The notes under the pieces were generated by a model. That model ran no database searches, had not been told where the DNA came from, and worked only from the letters and a program-made list of their open reading frames with translations. The translations under genes and the position numbers were made by a program. A DNA stretch of 64,000 nucleotides, taken from positions 5,022,001 to 5,086,000 of the forward strand of contig NC_045715.1 of the NCBI RefSeq assembly GCF_009834535.1, in the 5' to 3' direction. This DNA is from Camelus ferus. Taxonomy: Eukaryota. This document shows, piece after piece, positions 22,401 to 31,900 of the stretch; positions within the stretch are counted from its first letter, which is position 1; the number at the start of each line of letters is the position of its first letter.

Positions 22401-24354
22401 CTGGTGGATTCTGGCATATTGAGACCATCCACTGTCAATGAACTGGAATCCGGTCAGATTTCTTACGATGAGGTTGGCGAGAGAATTAAGGACTTCCTTC
22501 AGGGTTCAAGCTGCATAGCAGGCATCTACAATGAGACCACGAAACAGAAGCTTGGCATTTACGAGGCCATGAAAATTGGCTTGGTCCGACCCGGCACTGC
22601 TCTGGAGCTGCTGGAAGCCCAGGCAGCTACTGGCTTCATAGTGGATCCTGTTAGAAACTTGAGGTTACCAGTGGAAGAAGCCTACAAAAGAGGTCTGGTG
22701 GGTATTGAGTTCAAAGAGAAGCTCCTGTCTGCGGAACGCGCTGTCACCGGGTACAACGACCCTGAAACAGGAAACATCATCTCCTTGTTCCAGGCCATGA
22801 ACAAGGAACTCATCGAAAAGGGCCACGGTATTCGCTTGCTGGAAGCACAGATCGCAACCGGCGGGATCATCGACCCGAAGGAGAGCCACCGTCTGCCGGT
22901 TGACATAGCGTACAAGAGGGGCTACTTCAATGAGGAGCTCAGTGAGATTCTCTCCGATCCAAGCGACGATACAAAAGGATTCTTTGACCCAAACACCGAA
23001 GAAAATCTTACCTATCTGCAGCTGAAAGAAAGATGCATTAAGGACGAGGAAACGGGGCTCTGTCTTCTGCCCCTGAAGGAGAAGAAGAAACAGGTGCAGA
23101 CATCACAAAAGAATACCCTCAGGAAGCGCAGAGTGGTCATAGTTGACCCAGAAACCAACAAGGAGATGTCTGTCCAGGAGGCCTATAAGAAGGGCCTCAT
23201 AGATTACGAAACCTTCAAAGAACTGTGTGAGCAGGAGTGTGAGTGGGAAGAAATAACCATCACTGGGTCGGATGGCTCCACCCGAGTAGTCCTGGTAGAC
23301 AGGAAGACGGGCAGTCAGTATGATATTCAAGATACGATCGACAAGGGCCTCATTGACAGGAAGTTCTTTGACCAGTACCGATCCGGCAGCCTCAGCCTCA
23401 CTCAGTTTGCTGACATGATCTCCTTGAAGAATGGGGTCGGCGGCAGCAGTGCCGAGGGAGGTAGCGTCAGCGATGACGTTTTCAGCAGCTCCCGACACTG
23501 AGTCTGTGAATAAGATTTCCACCATATCCAGCATCAGGAATTTAACCATCAGGAGCAGTTCCCTGTCTGACCCCCTAGAGGAGTCGAGCCCCATCGCAGC
23601 CATCTTCGACACAGAAAACCTGGAGAAGATCTCCATCACGGAAGGGATCGAGCGGGGCATCGTTGACAGCATCACTGGGCAGAGGCTTCTGGAGGCTCAG
23701 GCCTGCACAGGAGGCATCATCCACCCGACCACCGGCCAGAGGCTGTCCCTTCAGGATGCGGCCTCCCAGGGCCTGATCGACCAGGATATGGCCACCAGGC
23801 TGAAGCCTGCTCAGAAAGCCTTCATCGGCTTCGAGGGAGTGAAGGGAAAGAAGAAGATGTCAGCAGCAGAGGCAGTGAAAGAAAAATGGCTCCCCTACGA
23901 GGCGGGCCAGCGCTTCCTGGAGTTCCAGTACCTCACGGGAGGCCTTGTTGACCCTGAAGTGCACGGGAGGATCAGCACGGAAGAAGCCATCAGAAAGGGG
24001 TTCATCGACGGCCGGGCGGCTCAGAGGCTGCAAGACACCAGCAGCTATGCCAAGATCCTGACCTGCCCCAAAACCAAGCTGAAAATATCCTACAAGGATG
24101 CCATAAACCGCTCCATGGTGGAAGACATCACCGGCCTGCGCCTCCTGGAGGCTGCCTCTGTTTCGTCCAAGGGCTTGCCCAGCCCGTATAACGTGTCCTC
24201 CGCCCCAGGCTCCCGCTCCGGCTCCCGCTCTGGCTCCCGCTCCGGCTCGCGCTCCGGCTCCCGCAGTGGGTCCCGGCGGGGAAGCTTTGATGCCACAGGG
24301 AATTCTTCCTACTCTTACTCCTACTCCTTTAGCAGTAGCTCTATCGGGCACTAG
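1336..24354 (+). CDS. DSP: Desmoplakin, 5'-partial (coding exons 5-24; exons 1-4 lie upstream of the window). Join: 1336-1464,3008-3058,3960-4121,4629-4733,5584-5679,6447-6572,7108-7260,8471-8625,9223-9349,10053-10254,11064-11290,12012-12178,12595-12733,13278-13471,~14474-14636,15122-15205,15766-15873,16569-16667,17822-20118,21117-24354
   Basis: Exon translations match recalled human desmoplakin (plakin domain, coiled-coil rod, plakin-repeat domains A/B/C, GSRS tail ending SSSSIGH*). Every visible boundary is AG/GT with consistent phase. Three +1 insertions interrupt the frame as written (see findings). Confidence 0.98.
1840..1929 (-). mobile_element. vic-1-like SINE
   Basis: ggtactggggattgaacccaggacc...actgagctat. 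Confidence 0.85.
1972..2135 (-). mobile_element. L1 3'-end fragment (cetartiodactyl type)
   Basis: aattaaagtgtagttaatttacaatgttgtg...cagtaggatcttgg. Confidence 0.8.
2145..2288 (-). mobile_element. vic-1-like SINE
   Basis: Full head and (gttt)n tail. Confidence 0.88.
2305..2446 (-). mobile_element. vic-1-like SINE
   Basis: Full head and tail. Confidence 0.85.
3008..3058 (+). CDS. DSP: DSP exon 6 (51 nt)
   Basis: ttctag|CGT...CTG|gtaagc; [17 protein letters not shown]. Confidence 0.95.
3960..4121 (+). CDS. DSP: DSP exon 7 (162 nt)
   Basis: tgcag|AAA...TCA|gtaagc; [10 protein letters not shown]...QKQEAFS. Confidence 0.96.
4629..4733 (+). CDS. DSP: DSP exon 8 (105 nt)
   Basis: cacag|ATT...GAG|gtcggt; [12 protein letters not shown]...ASDKIE. 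Confidence 0.96.
4881..5097. mobile_element. hAT-Charlie MITE, MER58A-like
   Basis: Ends caggattggcaagc...gtgtgctgacctgtg; 8-bp TSD-like ccctagac/tcctagat with the Charlie CTAGA core. Confidence 0.7.
5584..5679 (+). CDS. DSP: DSP exon 9 (96 nt)
   Basis: ttcag|GCG...CAG|gtgttt; [12 protein letters not shown]...ENAAYFQ. Confidence 0.96.
5736..6162 (-). mobile_element. Composite retro-insertion: vic-1-like SINE (6040-6160) + copy of intron-4 flank (5820-6035) + second SINE tail (5785-5822)
   Basis: 17-nt TSD ttaatacc(t/c)tatctttt at 5719-5735 and 6163-6179; homology to 721-1066. Confidence 0.8.
6447..6572 (+). CDS. DSP: DSP exon 10 (126 nt)
   Basis: catag|TTT...GAG|gtaccg; [42 protein letters not shown]. 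Confidence 0.95.
7108..7260 (+). CDS. DSP: DSP exon 11 (153 nt)
   Basis: gacag|AAA...CAG|gtgtgt; [10 protein letters not shown]...LCDYKQDQ. Confidence 0.96.
8471..8625 (+). CDS. DSP: DSP exon 12 (155 nt, SH3-like part of plakin domain)
   Basis: tgcag|AAA...GGCAA|gtacgt; [27 protein letters not shown]... Confidence 0.96.
8820..8936 (-). mobile_element. vic-1-like SINE
   Basis: Head and tail motifs as above. Confidence 0.88.
9223..9349 (+). CDS. DSP: DSP exon 13 (127 nt)
   Basis: cctag|GATT...AAG|gtacgt; [14 protein letters not shown]...AMTIAK. Confidence 0.96.
10053..10254 (+). CDS. DSP: DSP exon 14 (202 nt)
   Basis: ttcag|CTG...ACAG|gttggt; LKTMRQEDY...GHPQHQT. Confidence 0.96.
10305..10850 (-). 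mobile_element. Two tandem L1 3'-end fragments (~10305-10465 and ~10468-10850)
   Basis: Two ttattgaagt(a/g)tag starts with the shared downstream consensus. Confidence 0.8.
11064..11290 (+). CDS. DSP: DSP exon 15 (227 nt)
   Basis: tacag|TAACC...AAG|gtatgg; (V)[25 protein letters not shown]...ITVKINELK. Confidence 0.95.
12012..12178 (+). CDS. DSP: DSP exon 16 (167 nt)
   Basis: cacag|AGT...AATAG|gtaaac; [15 protein letters not shown]...VTDGYLN. Confidence 0.96.
12595..12733 (+). CDS. DSP: DSP exon 17 (139 nt)
   Basis: cacag|CTTG...AAG|gtgacg; [18 protein letters not shown]...YRCGLK. Confidence 0.95.
13278..13471 (+). CDS. DSP: DSP exon 18 (194 nt)
   Basis: gacag|AAA...TTCAG|gtgtgc; [19 protein letters not shown]...IDKQIDF. 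Confidence 0.96.
13845..14440 (-). mobile_element. Old L1 (L1MB-like) 3' region
   Basis: tcattgatacgtaattcacatg...aaggtgtacagttcagtg...gttcatccagggtgtagc pattern. Confidence 0.65.
14467..14622. other. Assembly gap (156 N); other gaps at 26308-26441, 34849-34992, 35149-35288, 61077-61256
   Basis: Runs of n. Confidence 0.98.
14474..14636 (+). CDS. DSP: DSP exon 19 (mostly inside N gap 14467-14622; start inferred)
   Basis: Only TGAATGAGCAGAAG|gtatga is visible, which is the expected ...LNEQK exon end. The start is inferred from the recalled 163-nt human exon. Confidence 0.8.
15122..15205 (+). CDS. DSP: DSP exon 20 (84 nt)
   Basis: taaag|AAC...AAG|gtatgt; [28 protein letters not shown]. Confidence 0.96.
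15258..15363 (+). pseudogene. U6 snRNA processed pseudogene in DSP intron 20
   Basis: Full-length U6-like sequence (~83% identity by eye), then an A7 tail; 15-nt degenerate TSD agaatattattcact (15243-15257) / agaatgtgattaact (15370-15384). Confidence 0.93.
15766..15873 (+). CDS. DSP: DSP exon 21 (108 nt)
   Basis: tgcag|GAT...GAG|gtacag; [36 protein letters not shown]. Confidence 0.96.
16410..16515 (-). mobile_element. L1 3'-end fragment
   Basis: aattgaagtatagtcagttacaatgt... Confidence 0.75.
16569..16667 (+). CDS. DSP: DSP exon 22 (99 nt)
   Basis: ccaag|GCT...AAG|gtaatt; [33 protein letters not shown]. Confidence 0.96.
17385..17790 (-). mobile_element. L1 3'-end fragment, ending just upstream of the exon 23 acceptor
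   Basis: Same consensus, extended through gattccacatat...gacttaacttcgctgagtatgatcatctc. Confidence 0.8.
17822..20118 (+). CDS. DSP: DSP exon 23, rod domain (DSPI form; 2297 nt as written, two +1 insertions)
   Basis: cacag|CTGAAA...TTAGAG|gtattc. ORF 17798-19453 and ORF 19654-20136 are its two ends. Confidence 0.95.
18317..18325 (+). promoter_or_regulatory. DSP: Internal alternative 5' splice site of exon 23 (DSPII isoform donor, AAG|GTAAGA, cut after 18319)
   Basis: Consensus donor at ENELAK|VR. Removing 18320-20118 (1799 nt = 1797+2) matches the 599 aa missing from human DSPII. Confidence 0.9.
18785..18793 (+). promoter_or_regulatory. DSP: Second internal alternative 5' splice site (DSPIa donor, AAG|GTAAGG, cut after 18787)
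   Basis: Consensus donor at the second ENELAK|VR. Removing 18788-20118 (1331 nt = 1329+2) matches the 443 aa recalled as missing from human DSPIa. Confidence 0.8.
21117..24354 (+). CDS. DSP: DSP exon 24 coding part: end of rod, plakin-repeat domains A-C, GSRS tail (one +1 insertion at ~23498)
   Basis: ttctag|GCTTCT; ORFs 21159-23501 and 23431-24354; stop TAG at 24352-24354. Confidence 0.96.
24208..24279 (+). repeat. DSP: Coding 12-nt tandem repeat (GGCTCCCGCTCC)n encoding (GSRS)5-GSRR
   Basis: Read directly from the sequence; known desmoplakin C-terminal GSR repeats. Confidence 0.95.
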
Positions 24355-25021
24355 TAGCCGGTGGGAAGTGGTTGCTCTACCTTGGCTTTCATTGCTATGA
24401 ATTTTCGCTTTACCAAATAATAGAAAAAGAAAGCCCAGCGCTTGGGGATAGTGATAGAACTTTCTGTGCTTAAGAAAATGTAGCCATGGTCGGAATCAAA
24501 TAGTAAAGGCTGTTTTGGCTTTTGATCTTCTTAGCCCCCGCCTCGAGAATGTACTACATCTGGTGGTGTGTGTACGACGTGGTAATCAGTTGTAAGGATA
24601 GCACAAATTGAATTGCTTCTCTGTTTAGATTTTTGATCGCTTCTTCTTGAACTTCTTTTGGCCTATAATACAGATTTCTATTCTCGGAGATAAAAATTAA
24701 ATTGACCATTGATGTTGTAGTCCGCATTCTGTTTCTCAGCTAAATATTTCCTTTTTCTGTATTAGGAGAAAATTATCCTACCTTGGCCTCCTCCCCCCAC
24801 AAAAAAAGAACCCCCACCGACCCAAGCATTTTGGTATGAGTCTCCTTGGATTGTAGAACCCATATCCTCTTAAATGTACCTGTTCGGTTTGGTATTAATT
24901 TGACTATTTGTGCATGACAGCAGCAGTCTCTGCTTTTCTTTGGTCAAAGTTTTCTGTTTATTTTGCTTGTCATTTTCTATGTACTTTAATAAGGTGTCTT
25001 GATGAAGTTTGCTATTCTGGC

Positions 25022-25027
25022 AATAAA
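25022..25027 (+). terminator. DSP: DSP polyadenylation signal AATAAA
   Basis: AATAAA ~670 nt after the stop, followed ~20 nt later by a GT/T-rich tract (gtttttgtgttttg). Confidence 0.75.
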
Positions 25028-25869
25028 CTTTTAAACGTTTGAAGTTTTTGTGTTTTGATTTCCTAATATGTTCATACACACAAGGGCATTTAGCAGAAGC
25101 TTTTTGTTTATTGTAACATATGTCAAAAACTATTTACTAAACACATGCTAAGAAAGACCATTAAAAACCTGTTTCAGTTCTGAATTCTTGTTAGATGTTG
25201 GTCTTCTGAAGTTAGTTTTTCAACATTTCTTGACCAGGCAGAGTCCTTGAAAAGAAGTCTATGTAAAGAGGCCAGGCCAGAGGTCAATACTCAATTCTGG
25301 TTTTTTCTGGACAGTGAGTAGCATGGGGGCAGGTCACCATTATACCATTTAAAATACATGAAGTGGGTAAGACTCCATTTTGGTAGTCTCAAACTACGTG
25401 GTTGCATTTTGTCCCCTAAGAGGAAAGAATTGTCCTTGGGTCTATGAAATTGATCCTGAAGAATTCTTGGCTCATTCAAAAGACAATGAAATATAAGCCT
25501 TTTCTTTGGATCAAAGAAAAACTTGAAACTCAGACATTTGTTATTAAATTAACATGACTTTCCTGAATGCCTAGTATGTGTAGTCTTGGGTGAGGTACTA
25601 GAGGATTCAGTAGAATTTATAAGCCCTTGGCTTCTAGGCATTTGCAGTGTGGATGGGGACAAAAGACACATGTAAAACAGTGGGGGAAACAACTTGCATG
25701 TATCAGCAGTGTGTGTTAATACAATCGAACAAATCTTTTAGTACAATAGAAAATAGGAAAGCAAATGACATGCTAATTGTGTAGAACAAAAAATCATACT
25801 CAAGATCATCCTTAAATGATTGGAGCCTTTTGGTACGTAGTGTGAAAACAGCATTCATTTCTTTGTCAC

Positions 25870-26040
25870 CTCTCCTATTCTTCCTCTTCTCCCCTCCCTC
25901 CCTGCCATTTGGAGGACTGGTAATTAATTTCATTCACTAAATACTGAGTTCTGTGTGCCACGCGTTGTTCCAGAAGCTATAGACCTCATGGTAGGAATAC
26001 CTGGCACAAATACAGCCTGTGTAATAGAAAAGGAAGGCAA
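25870..26040. mobile_element. L2/MIR remnant
   Basis: cattcactaaatactgag...tgtgccacgcgttgttccag...atagacctcatgg. Confidence 0.4.
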
Positions 26041-26102
26041 ATACGTGATAAAGGCTGTGTTGGAAGAAATAAAGGCAGATCTGTAGACCAGAGCTGGGAA
26101 GC

Positions 26103-26307
26103 TGCATTAGCGCGGGCTGCTGTAACAAGATACCACAGACTGGGTGCATTAAACAAACATTCACTTTAGTACGGTTCTAGAGGTTAGAAGTCCAAGACCA
26201 AGGTGCCATCGGGGCTGGTGTCCAGTGAGGGCTTTCCTCCTGGCTAACAAGCAGCAGAGGAGTTCCAGGGTCTCTCTCAATTTATAAGGTCGCTAGTTCT
26301 GTCACGT
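26103..26307 (-). mobile_element. MaLR LTR (MLT1 family), running into an N gap
   Basis: gggctgctgtaacaagataccacagactggg...ttctagaggttagaagtccaagaccaaggtgcc. Confidence 0.7.
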
Positions 26308-27589
26308 NNNNNNNNNNNNNNNNNNNNNNNNNNNNNNNNNNNNNNNNNNNNNNNNNNNNNNNNNNNNNNNNNNNNNNNNNNNNNNNNNNNNNNNNNNNNN
26401 NNNNNNNNNNNNNNNNNNNNNNNNNNNNNNNNNNNNNNNNNTCTAACCTAGAACAGGCAGCAGAAGACCTCTTTAGGAACATGGTGAGCCAACAGATAAA
26501 CGTACATCCATGTAAAGGAGTCCTTTGGCTTGAAACAGTCCACCCACTCCAAGCTGCTGCCAAAGTTGTCAGTTAAGGTCTGAGATGAGAGGGTTGGGTC
26601 CTGGAGAGGACATACTTACCCTGGACTGAGTTTGGATTTGGTTCACATACACTGTACATCCACAGAAAAGGGAACCATATATTAAAATTTTCAATAGCAG
26701 TCATCACTTCACATCCCAAAATAGTCTCACATTTTCCAGGAGGCTTGGCTAACTATGTAACTGCAAATAAAAAGGATGCGGTGGGCAGGGTATAAATAAA
26801 TTACTTACCACACATCCACTTGTAGCTACTGGCCTATTTCTGTATTATCATCATTTATTTATTTATCCATTTATTCATTAGTGACAGAACTGTGCTATTT
26901 GCCTTTGAAAATAGCTGTTCACAAAAATTTCCTTCATGGTGGTGTTGGGGGTTTTTTGGGGTGGGTGGGGGGGCCTGGAGGAGACAAGTGCAAAGGAAGG
27001 CAAAGATTTGGCATCAGGCTTGAAAAAGAAAAATAAAAAATAACATTACAGGGATTAGATACTGGGAGTTAAGGCCATTTGGGGAAAACAAAAGGGCTGA
27101 TTCCAGGTCTTGGGTAGCAAATGTACAAAGTACACCTGGGTTAATCAAAGCAAGGAGGTCCTCAAGGACTAACAGAGACATGTCAAAGAGACATGGGTGG
27201 TTATAGTGGTTTCCACTGGTCAAATTGGGACGACTTGAGCATCAACAAGAATTATATTAATGGAGTATGTAATAATGAATTTAAAACCCTTTAACACATA
27301 ATAATTTTCTAAAAAAAAATAAACCCTTGATTCCACAGTGAAACAAACAACAAAATGAAGGTATGGTAAGAATCCCATCTAATAAATGTGGGAGCCATGA
27401 CAGAATTAGAGAGTCGTCGTTAGTAACTCCTAATGTCATCACAGATTCTGTGAGGGATTGTGTGAGTTTGTTGGGAACAGAACGTTCCTACCGCCTTAAG
27501 GTATCATCCTTCAGATTACTTACCAACTACCAAGAGGAAAATGTACAATTACAAGGGGGCAACACAGCCACTACCCACACCAGGTGATC

Positions 27590-28175
27590 AAATTTAGCAT
27601 CACTAATAGCAGGAGAATCTAATACATGTCCTCTATGAAACATGATAAAGAGGTACACACATCTTGCAAAAGTGCTTGAACTTAATCTAATCATAAGGGG
27701 GGAAAATCAGACAAATCCAGAAAGAGGGACATTCTGCAAGACAACTGGCTGAGGTTCCTGACAAAAATTCAACGACTTCGTTTAAAAAGGAGAGGGGAAG
27801 AGGCTGTTCTAAATGAAAAGAGACAAGAACCAGGGTTGAAAAAAAAAATCAAACGTCTATAAAAGGAATTTGGGGGACAACTGGGGGAATTTGAATATGA
27901 ACTACATTAGATATTATGAAATTATCATAAATTTTCTTAGGTTTTATCATATATTGTGCTTATGTAGGACAAGGTCCTTAGGAGAGGCGTATGGACATTT
28001 TGGGGGTGAAGTATCTGCAACTATCAAAACAATTCGGCAAAAATAAGCGCGTCTGTGTCTGTGTGGTTTGTATAGAGCGCGAGAGAGGCCAAATGTTAGC
28101 AATTAATGAGCTGAAGGAGGGCTACGCGAATGCTCATTGTACTAGTGTTTTAACTTCTCTGTAGATATAAACCGT
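27590..28175 (+). mobile_element. Old L1 (L1ME/L1MC-like) 3' UTR directly upstream of the SNRNP48 promoter
   Basis: aatcagacaaatccag...gacattctgcaagacaactggc...aatttgaatatgaactacattagatatt pattern. Confidence 0.55.
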
Positions 28176-28229
28176 TTTTTCTTAAGTTTGGTGGGGCAGG
28201 GAACTCCGATCTGGGACGGCCCAGCGCAA

Positions 28230-28900
28230 ACGCATCCAAAAACAGTTGCAAAAGGCAGGGACGTCTGGAAGAAACGGAAGAGACGGTCCAAAAAATGGCT
28301 TCCGCCCTTCGCGGCGCCCTTCCCTATTGGCGGCCCCCGTCACGTGGCGACGTGGCTCCGCCCACAGTTCCCAGAGGCCCGTGCGCGCCGCCGGCGTTCC
28401 AGCCGCTTCCTCCCGCGGGCGGACGGACGAGCGGCAGCCATGGAGGGCGAGCCTCCGCCGGTGGAGGAGCGGCGGCGGCTGCGGGAGGAGCTCAGCGAGT
28501 TCGTGGAGAGCTGCTGCCGGACGCTGGAGGAGGTGACGGCGTCTCTGGGCTGGAGCCTGGACCGGCTGGACGCCGGGGACGAGGCGGCGGCGGAGGTGAG
28601 GGGCGCGGGGTCCTCCCGGGGGCCCTCAGCCTGGGGTCTCCCTGGCGGCGGGGGAGGGGGGTCCGCGTGGGACCTTGTCGAGAGGGCGGGGGCCCGACTT
28701 CTGCAGGGCCGCGGGGTACGCGGATACCGGCCTGCGGCGCCCCGACGGCCCCGGAACGCGGTCCGCGCGGGCCTCGCCCCGCAGGAGCCCGGAAACCGCG
28801 GTGGGTGCGGAGCGGGTGGCAGGGCTGCGGTGTGATTCAAAGTACGTGGGCGGGCCTCGGAGGGCTGCTCGCGGGCCACCGGCGGTTTGCTTTGTCATCT
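28230..28900. promoter_or_regulatory. SNRNP48: CpG island / TATA-less promoter of SNRNP48
   Basis: Very high GC and CpG density around exon 1. Motifs: YY1/ETS-like AAAATGGCTTCCG (~28292), reverse CCAAT (28326-28330), E-box GTCACGTGG (28339-28347), GC box (28356-28365), ZNF143-like CCACAGTTCCCAGAGG (28362-28377). Confidence 0.9.
28440..28595 (+). CDS. SNRNP48: SNRNP48 exon 1 coding (156 nt)
   Basis: gcagccATGG Kozak context; GAG|gtgagg; MEGEPPP...DEAAAE. Confidence 0.96.
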
Positions 28901-31900
28901 GTCGCACGGATTCCGCAGTTGCACCAGATTCGGTGTCTGGAGAGCCTGAGGATGCAGTTCACCCTTTTTCTGCCTTACGGTTGTGCAGCACGGATTCTAG
29001 GATTATTAAAGGATTTCACCAGGAGACGGTGCTAGCAACTCTCCTGGACGTTAGGATTGCTTTGGGAAAAGATGTAGGCAGGTGTGTTAGGGTGAACAGT
29101 CCTAATTTTGTTTTTGCCCTCAGTGGAATGGGAGGAAGTGAAGCGCTCTCGTGTGGGATAATTCATGATCTCCGCTGTTCTTTCTGCGTTCACCATGCTG
29201 TCATAATTTATCTCAGGTTTAACTAACATAACTGATTCCCAAGAGGCATTAAAAGTATATTTGATTTATCTACAAACCGCTCACATTTGTTGTACTAAAA
29301 AGGTAGTGGAATTAAAAAAATTGTTTAGAGCCATAGTCAAAGTTGTGAATTCCATTGAGTGGGGCCTCCCAAGCCTTTTCACACCATCCTTTACACAGCA
29401 TTGTAGTAAATTTAGTTTTCTTGTATTAATACTTAAATAGCGCTTTGTATCTGCCACTTACTGTACCTTACCTCACTTAATACTTGTAATTACCCTGTGA
29501 GTTAGGTAGATACTCTTAGCCGCCTTTTACAGTTGAGGAAAGAAACCCAGAGAAGTGGTAATTTGTCCACGGACACACTGCTAGTAAGTGGTAGTTAGGA
29601 TTTGAACCCAGGCATTTTACTCCTAAGAGTCTGTGTGCTTAATTGCTGTCCTGCCTTTGTAAAGCTCCTTTCTGAAATTCCAAAATTCTGACAATCAGCT
29701 GTCGATGTGTACCTGACTTTTGCAAAACCAGTATCTGATATTCAGGAGGGTGACTGGCTTAAAAATCCTTGTAAGTGACATCATTCCTAGACTTGGTGCA
29801 GTCTGGCAGCCAACCCATCTTCACTTTCCTGCCAGCGTGTTTTATACTGAAGTGTGAACAGCAGTCACAGTTCCTGTCCTCACGGAGTGGACCGTCTGGT
29901 GGTGCTGAGGGGGAATACAGAGAAATCAGCCATTATGCTATAATGGGACAGAGTCTGTGATGGGTGGATTGGAATTGCTGTAGGGCAGGTTATTGTAGGC
30001 GTGGTGGGACAGCCAAGACGTTCTGGATAAAGTGAATTCTAGGCTAACAAATAAAAAAGGGAGCTGAGTTCGCTAGGGGAAGCACAGAGAAAGCATCAAC
30101 AGCACGTGTCACAATCCAGAGACAAAGGTGTGCACAGATCCGGAAACCCAGGTTGTTAAGGATAGTTACGGGCATAGGATGTGAAGGAGGCGAATGGTGG
30201 TCCGTAGGGGCCAGAACTTAAAATTCCTTGTGTCAGCCGTGTTAAGGAATGTAGATTTTTTCTTTTTTGAGAGGGGAGGAGATAATTAGGTTTATTTATT
30301 TATTTATTTTTAATGGAGACACTGGGGAGTGAAGCCAGTACCTCCTGCATGCTGAGCACGTGCTCTACCACGGAGCTGTACCCTCCTCCACCAGGTTTTT
30401 TTTTTATATGAGAGCAGTGGAAGAGGCATGAATGTATTTTAAGCCAAGATGTCATAATTGTATTTGCCTTTTAAGAAAATAATACTTGGTTATATTTATT
30501 GAATGCTTGGGGTGTTCCCGGCCCTGTTCGAATTGCTTTATGTGTATAAACTCTTGTATAATTTACTTAATCTTCACAGTAGCTCTGTGAGAGGTTCTGC
30601 TATTATACCCATTTTATAGATGAGTAGACTCAGGCAGAGAAATGTTCAGTACTTGGACTGAGTTCATACAGTCGGCGAGAGCAGGCCTGGGGTTCGAGCT
30701 GGCTGCATTGTGCAGCGTGGAGAGCGGACCGCGGGCCTGAAGTAGAGAGGGCCGCTACACGCGGGCTGTTGTAATCCAGGAGAGACAGCGCCATCCTGAA
30801 TGGGGATGTGGCAGCGGGGATGAATCATGTGGCAGGATTTCAGAGTTGTTTGGGAGTAAAAAGGACTCGCAGGCTGCTAGGTGAAGTTGTCGAGGTGGTG
30901 AGTGTAAACAGATCTTTCAAGAATTTGACTTTGAAGGGGTTGAAGGGGCAGAGGCTGTAAAGGGGAGAGAGACTGAGGGAGTTTTTTTTTTAATATGTAC
31001 ATACTCTCACAAAGGGGTTTTGGGAGAGGCCTGCAGGAAAGGATATATAATTTTTTTTTTAAATTATGTACCCTTTTTTCTTTGCTTCTGTTTGATTTTT
31101 ATAGGATGAAGTTGTGATATGCCCTTATGATTCCAATCATCACATGCCTAAGTCATCTTTAGCAAAGCACATGGTATCTTGTAGATTGAGGAAACTGGGC
31201 TATACCAAAGAAGAAGAGGTACCATATGTTTATTATGTATATGTTGTGTAATTCATGCATTAGTAAATTCACAATATTTGGAAGGTATGGTGTGAAGTTT
31301 TTTGACAATAGTCATTTGTGGGGTACAATGGTACTTGCCTAATTTTACAAATTATTACAAAGAAGTGTTTAAATGATAGTAATCTATTGTTGGTTTATGT
31401 TAAATCTTAAAATAGTTCATTGTCTGATGCTGAAGAACACTAAGATTTTGTGTTTTTTTGCTGTTTAGGATAAAATGTATAATTCTGATTTTTTCTATGA
31501 GAATGCGAAGATACCTTCAATTACTTTGAGTAAGTATTAATATAGTTACAATTTTAAAATGTCTTAGTAGAGATACATCTATATAGGTATTAATATTTCA
31601 CTTTTGAATTATCAAAAGAACAGGTTTTATAAGTGCTTATGATTAAGAATGGTGTTTCTTACAGTGACACTAATTTGCTTAATCTGAAATTTAGAGATCA
31701 GGTGTATATTAATAGGCAGTGAAAACCCTACAGAGCTTTGTACAGTAGGACAGACGCCTTCCTTCTTGGTTATAACACAAATCTGGCCACACACATAGTT
31801 TGAAGATAGAACTGAGGACGGGAGTGTGTTCCAAGTGTTCATAGCATACATAGAGGTTAAAATCTTGGCCTCTGGAATCAGAATATCCTGATTCAACTAA

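Noticed and set aside
24208-24279. CRISPR-like or regulatory array
   Set aside because: It is a spacer-less coding repeat (GSRS) in a eukaryotic gene.
18026-24351. Numerous minus-strand and off-frame ORFs over DSP exons 23-24
   Set aside because: Shadow ORFs of GC-rich, repetitive coiled-coil codons; low-complexity Leu/Ser/Gln translations.
28188-29226. Long ORFs (179-246 aa) over the SNRNP48 5' end, including an apparent N-terminal extension from GTG 28188
   Set aside because: Stop-poor CpG-island sequence. Only 28440-28595 matches the protein and ends at a donor.
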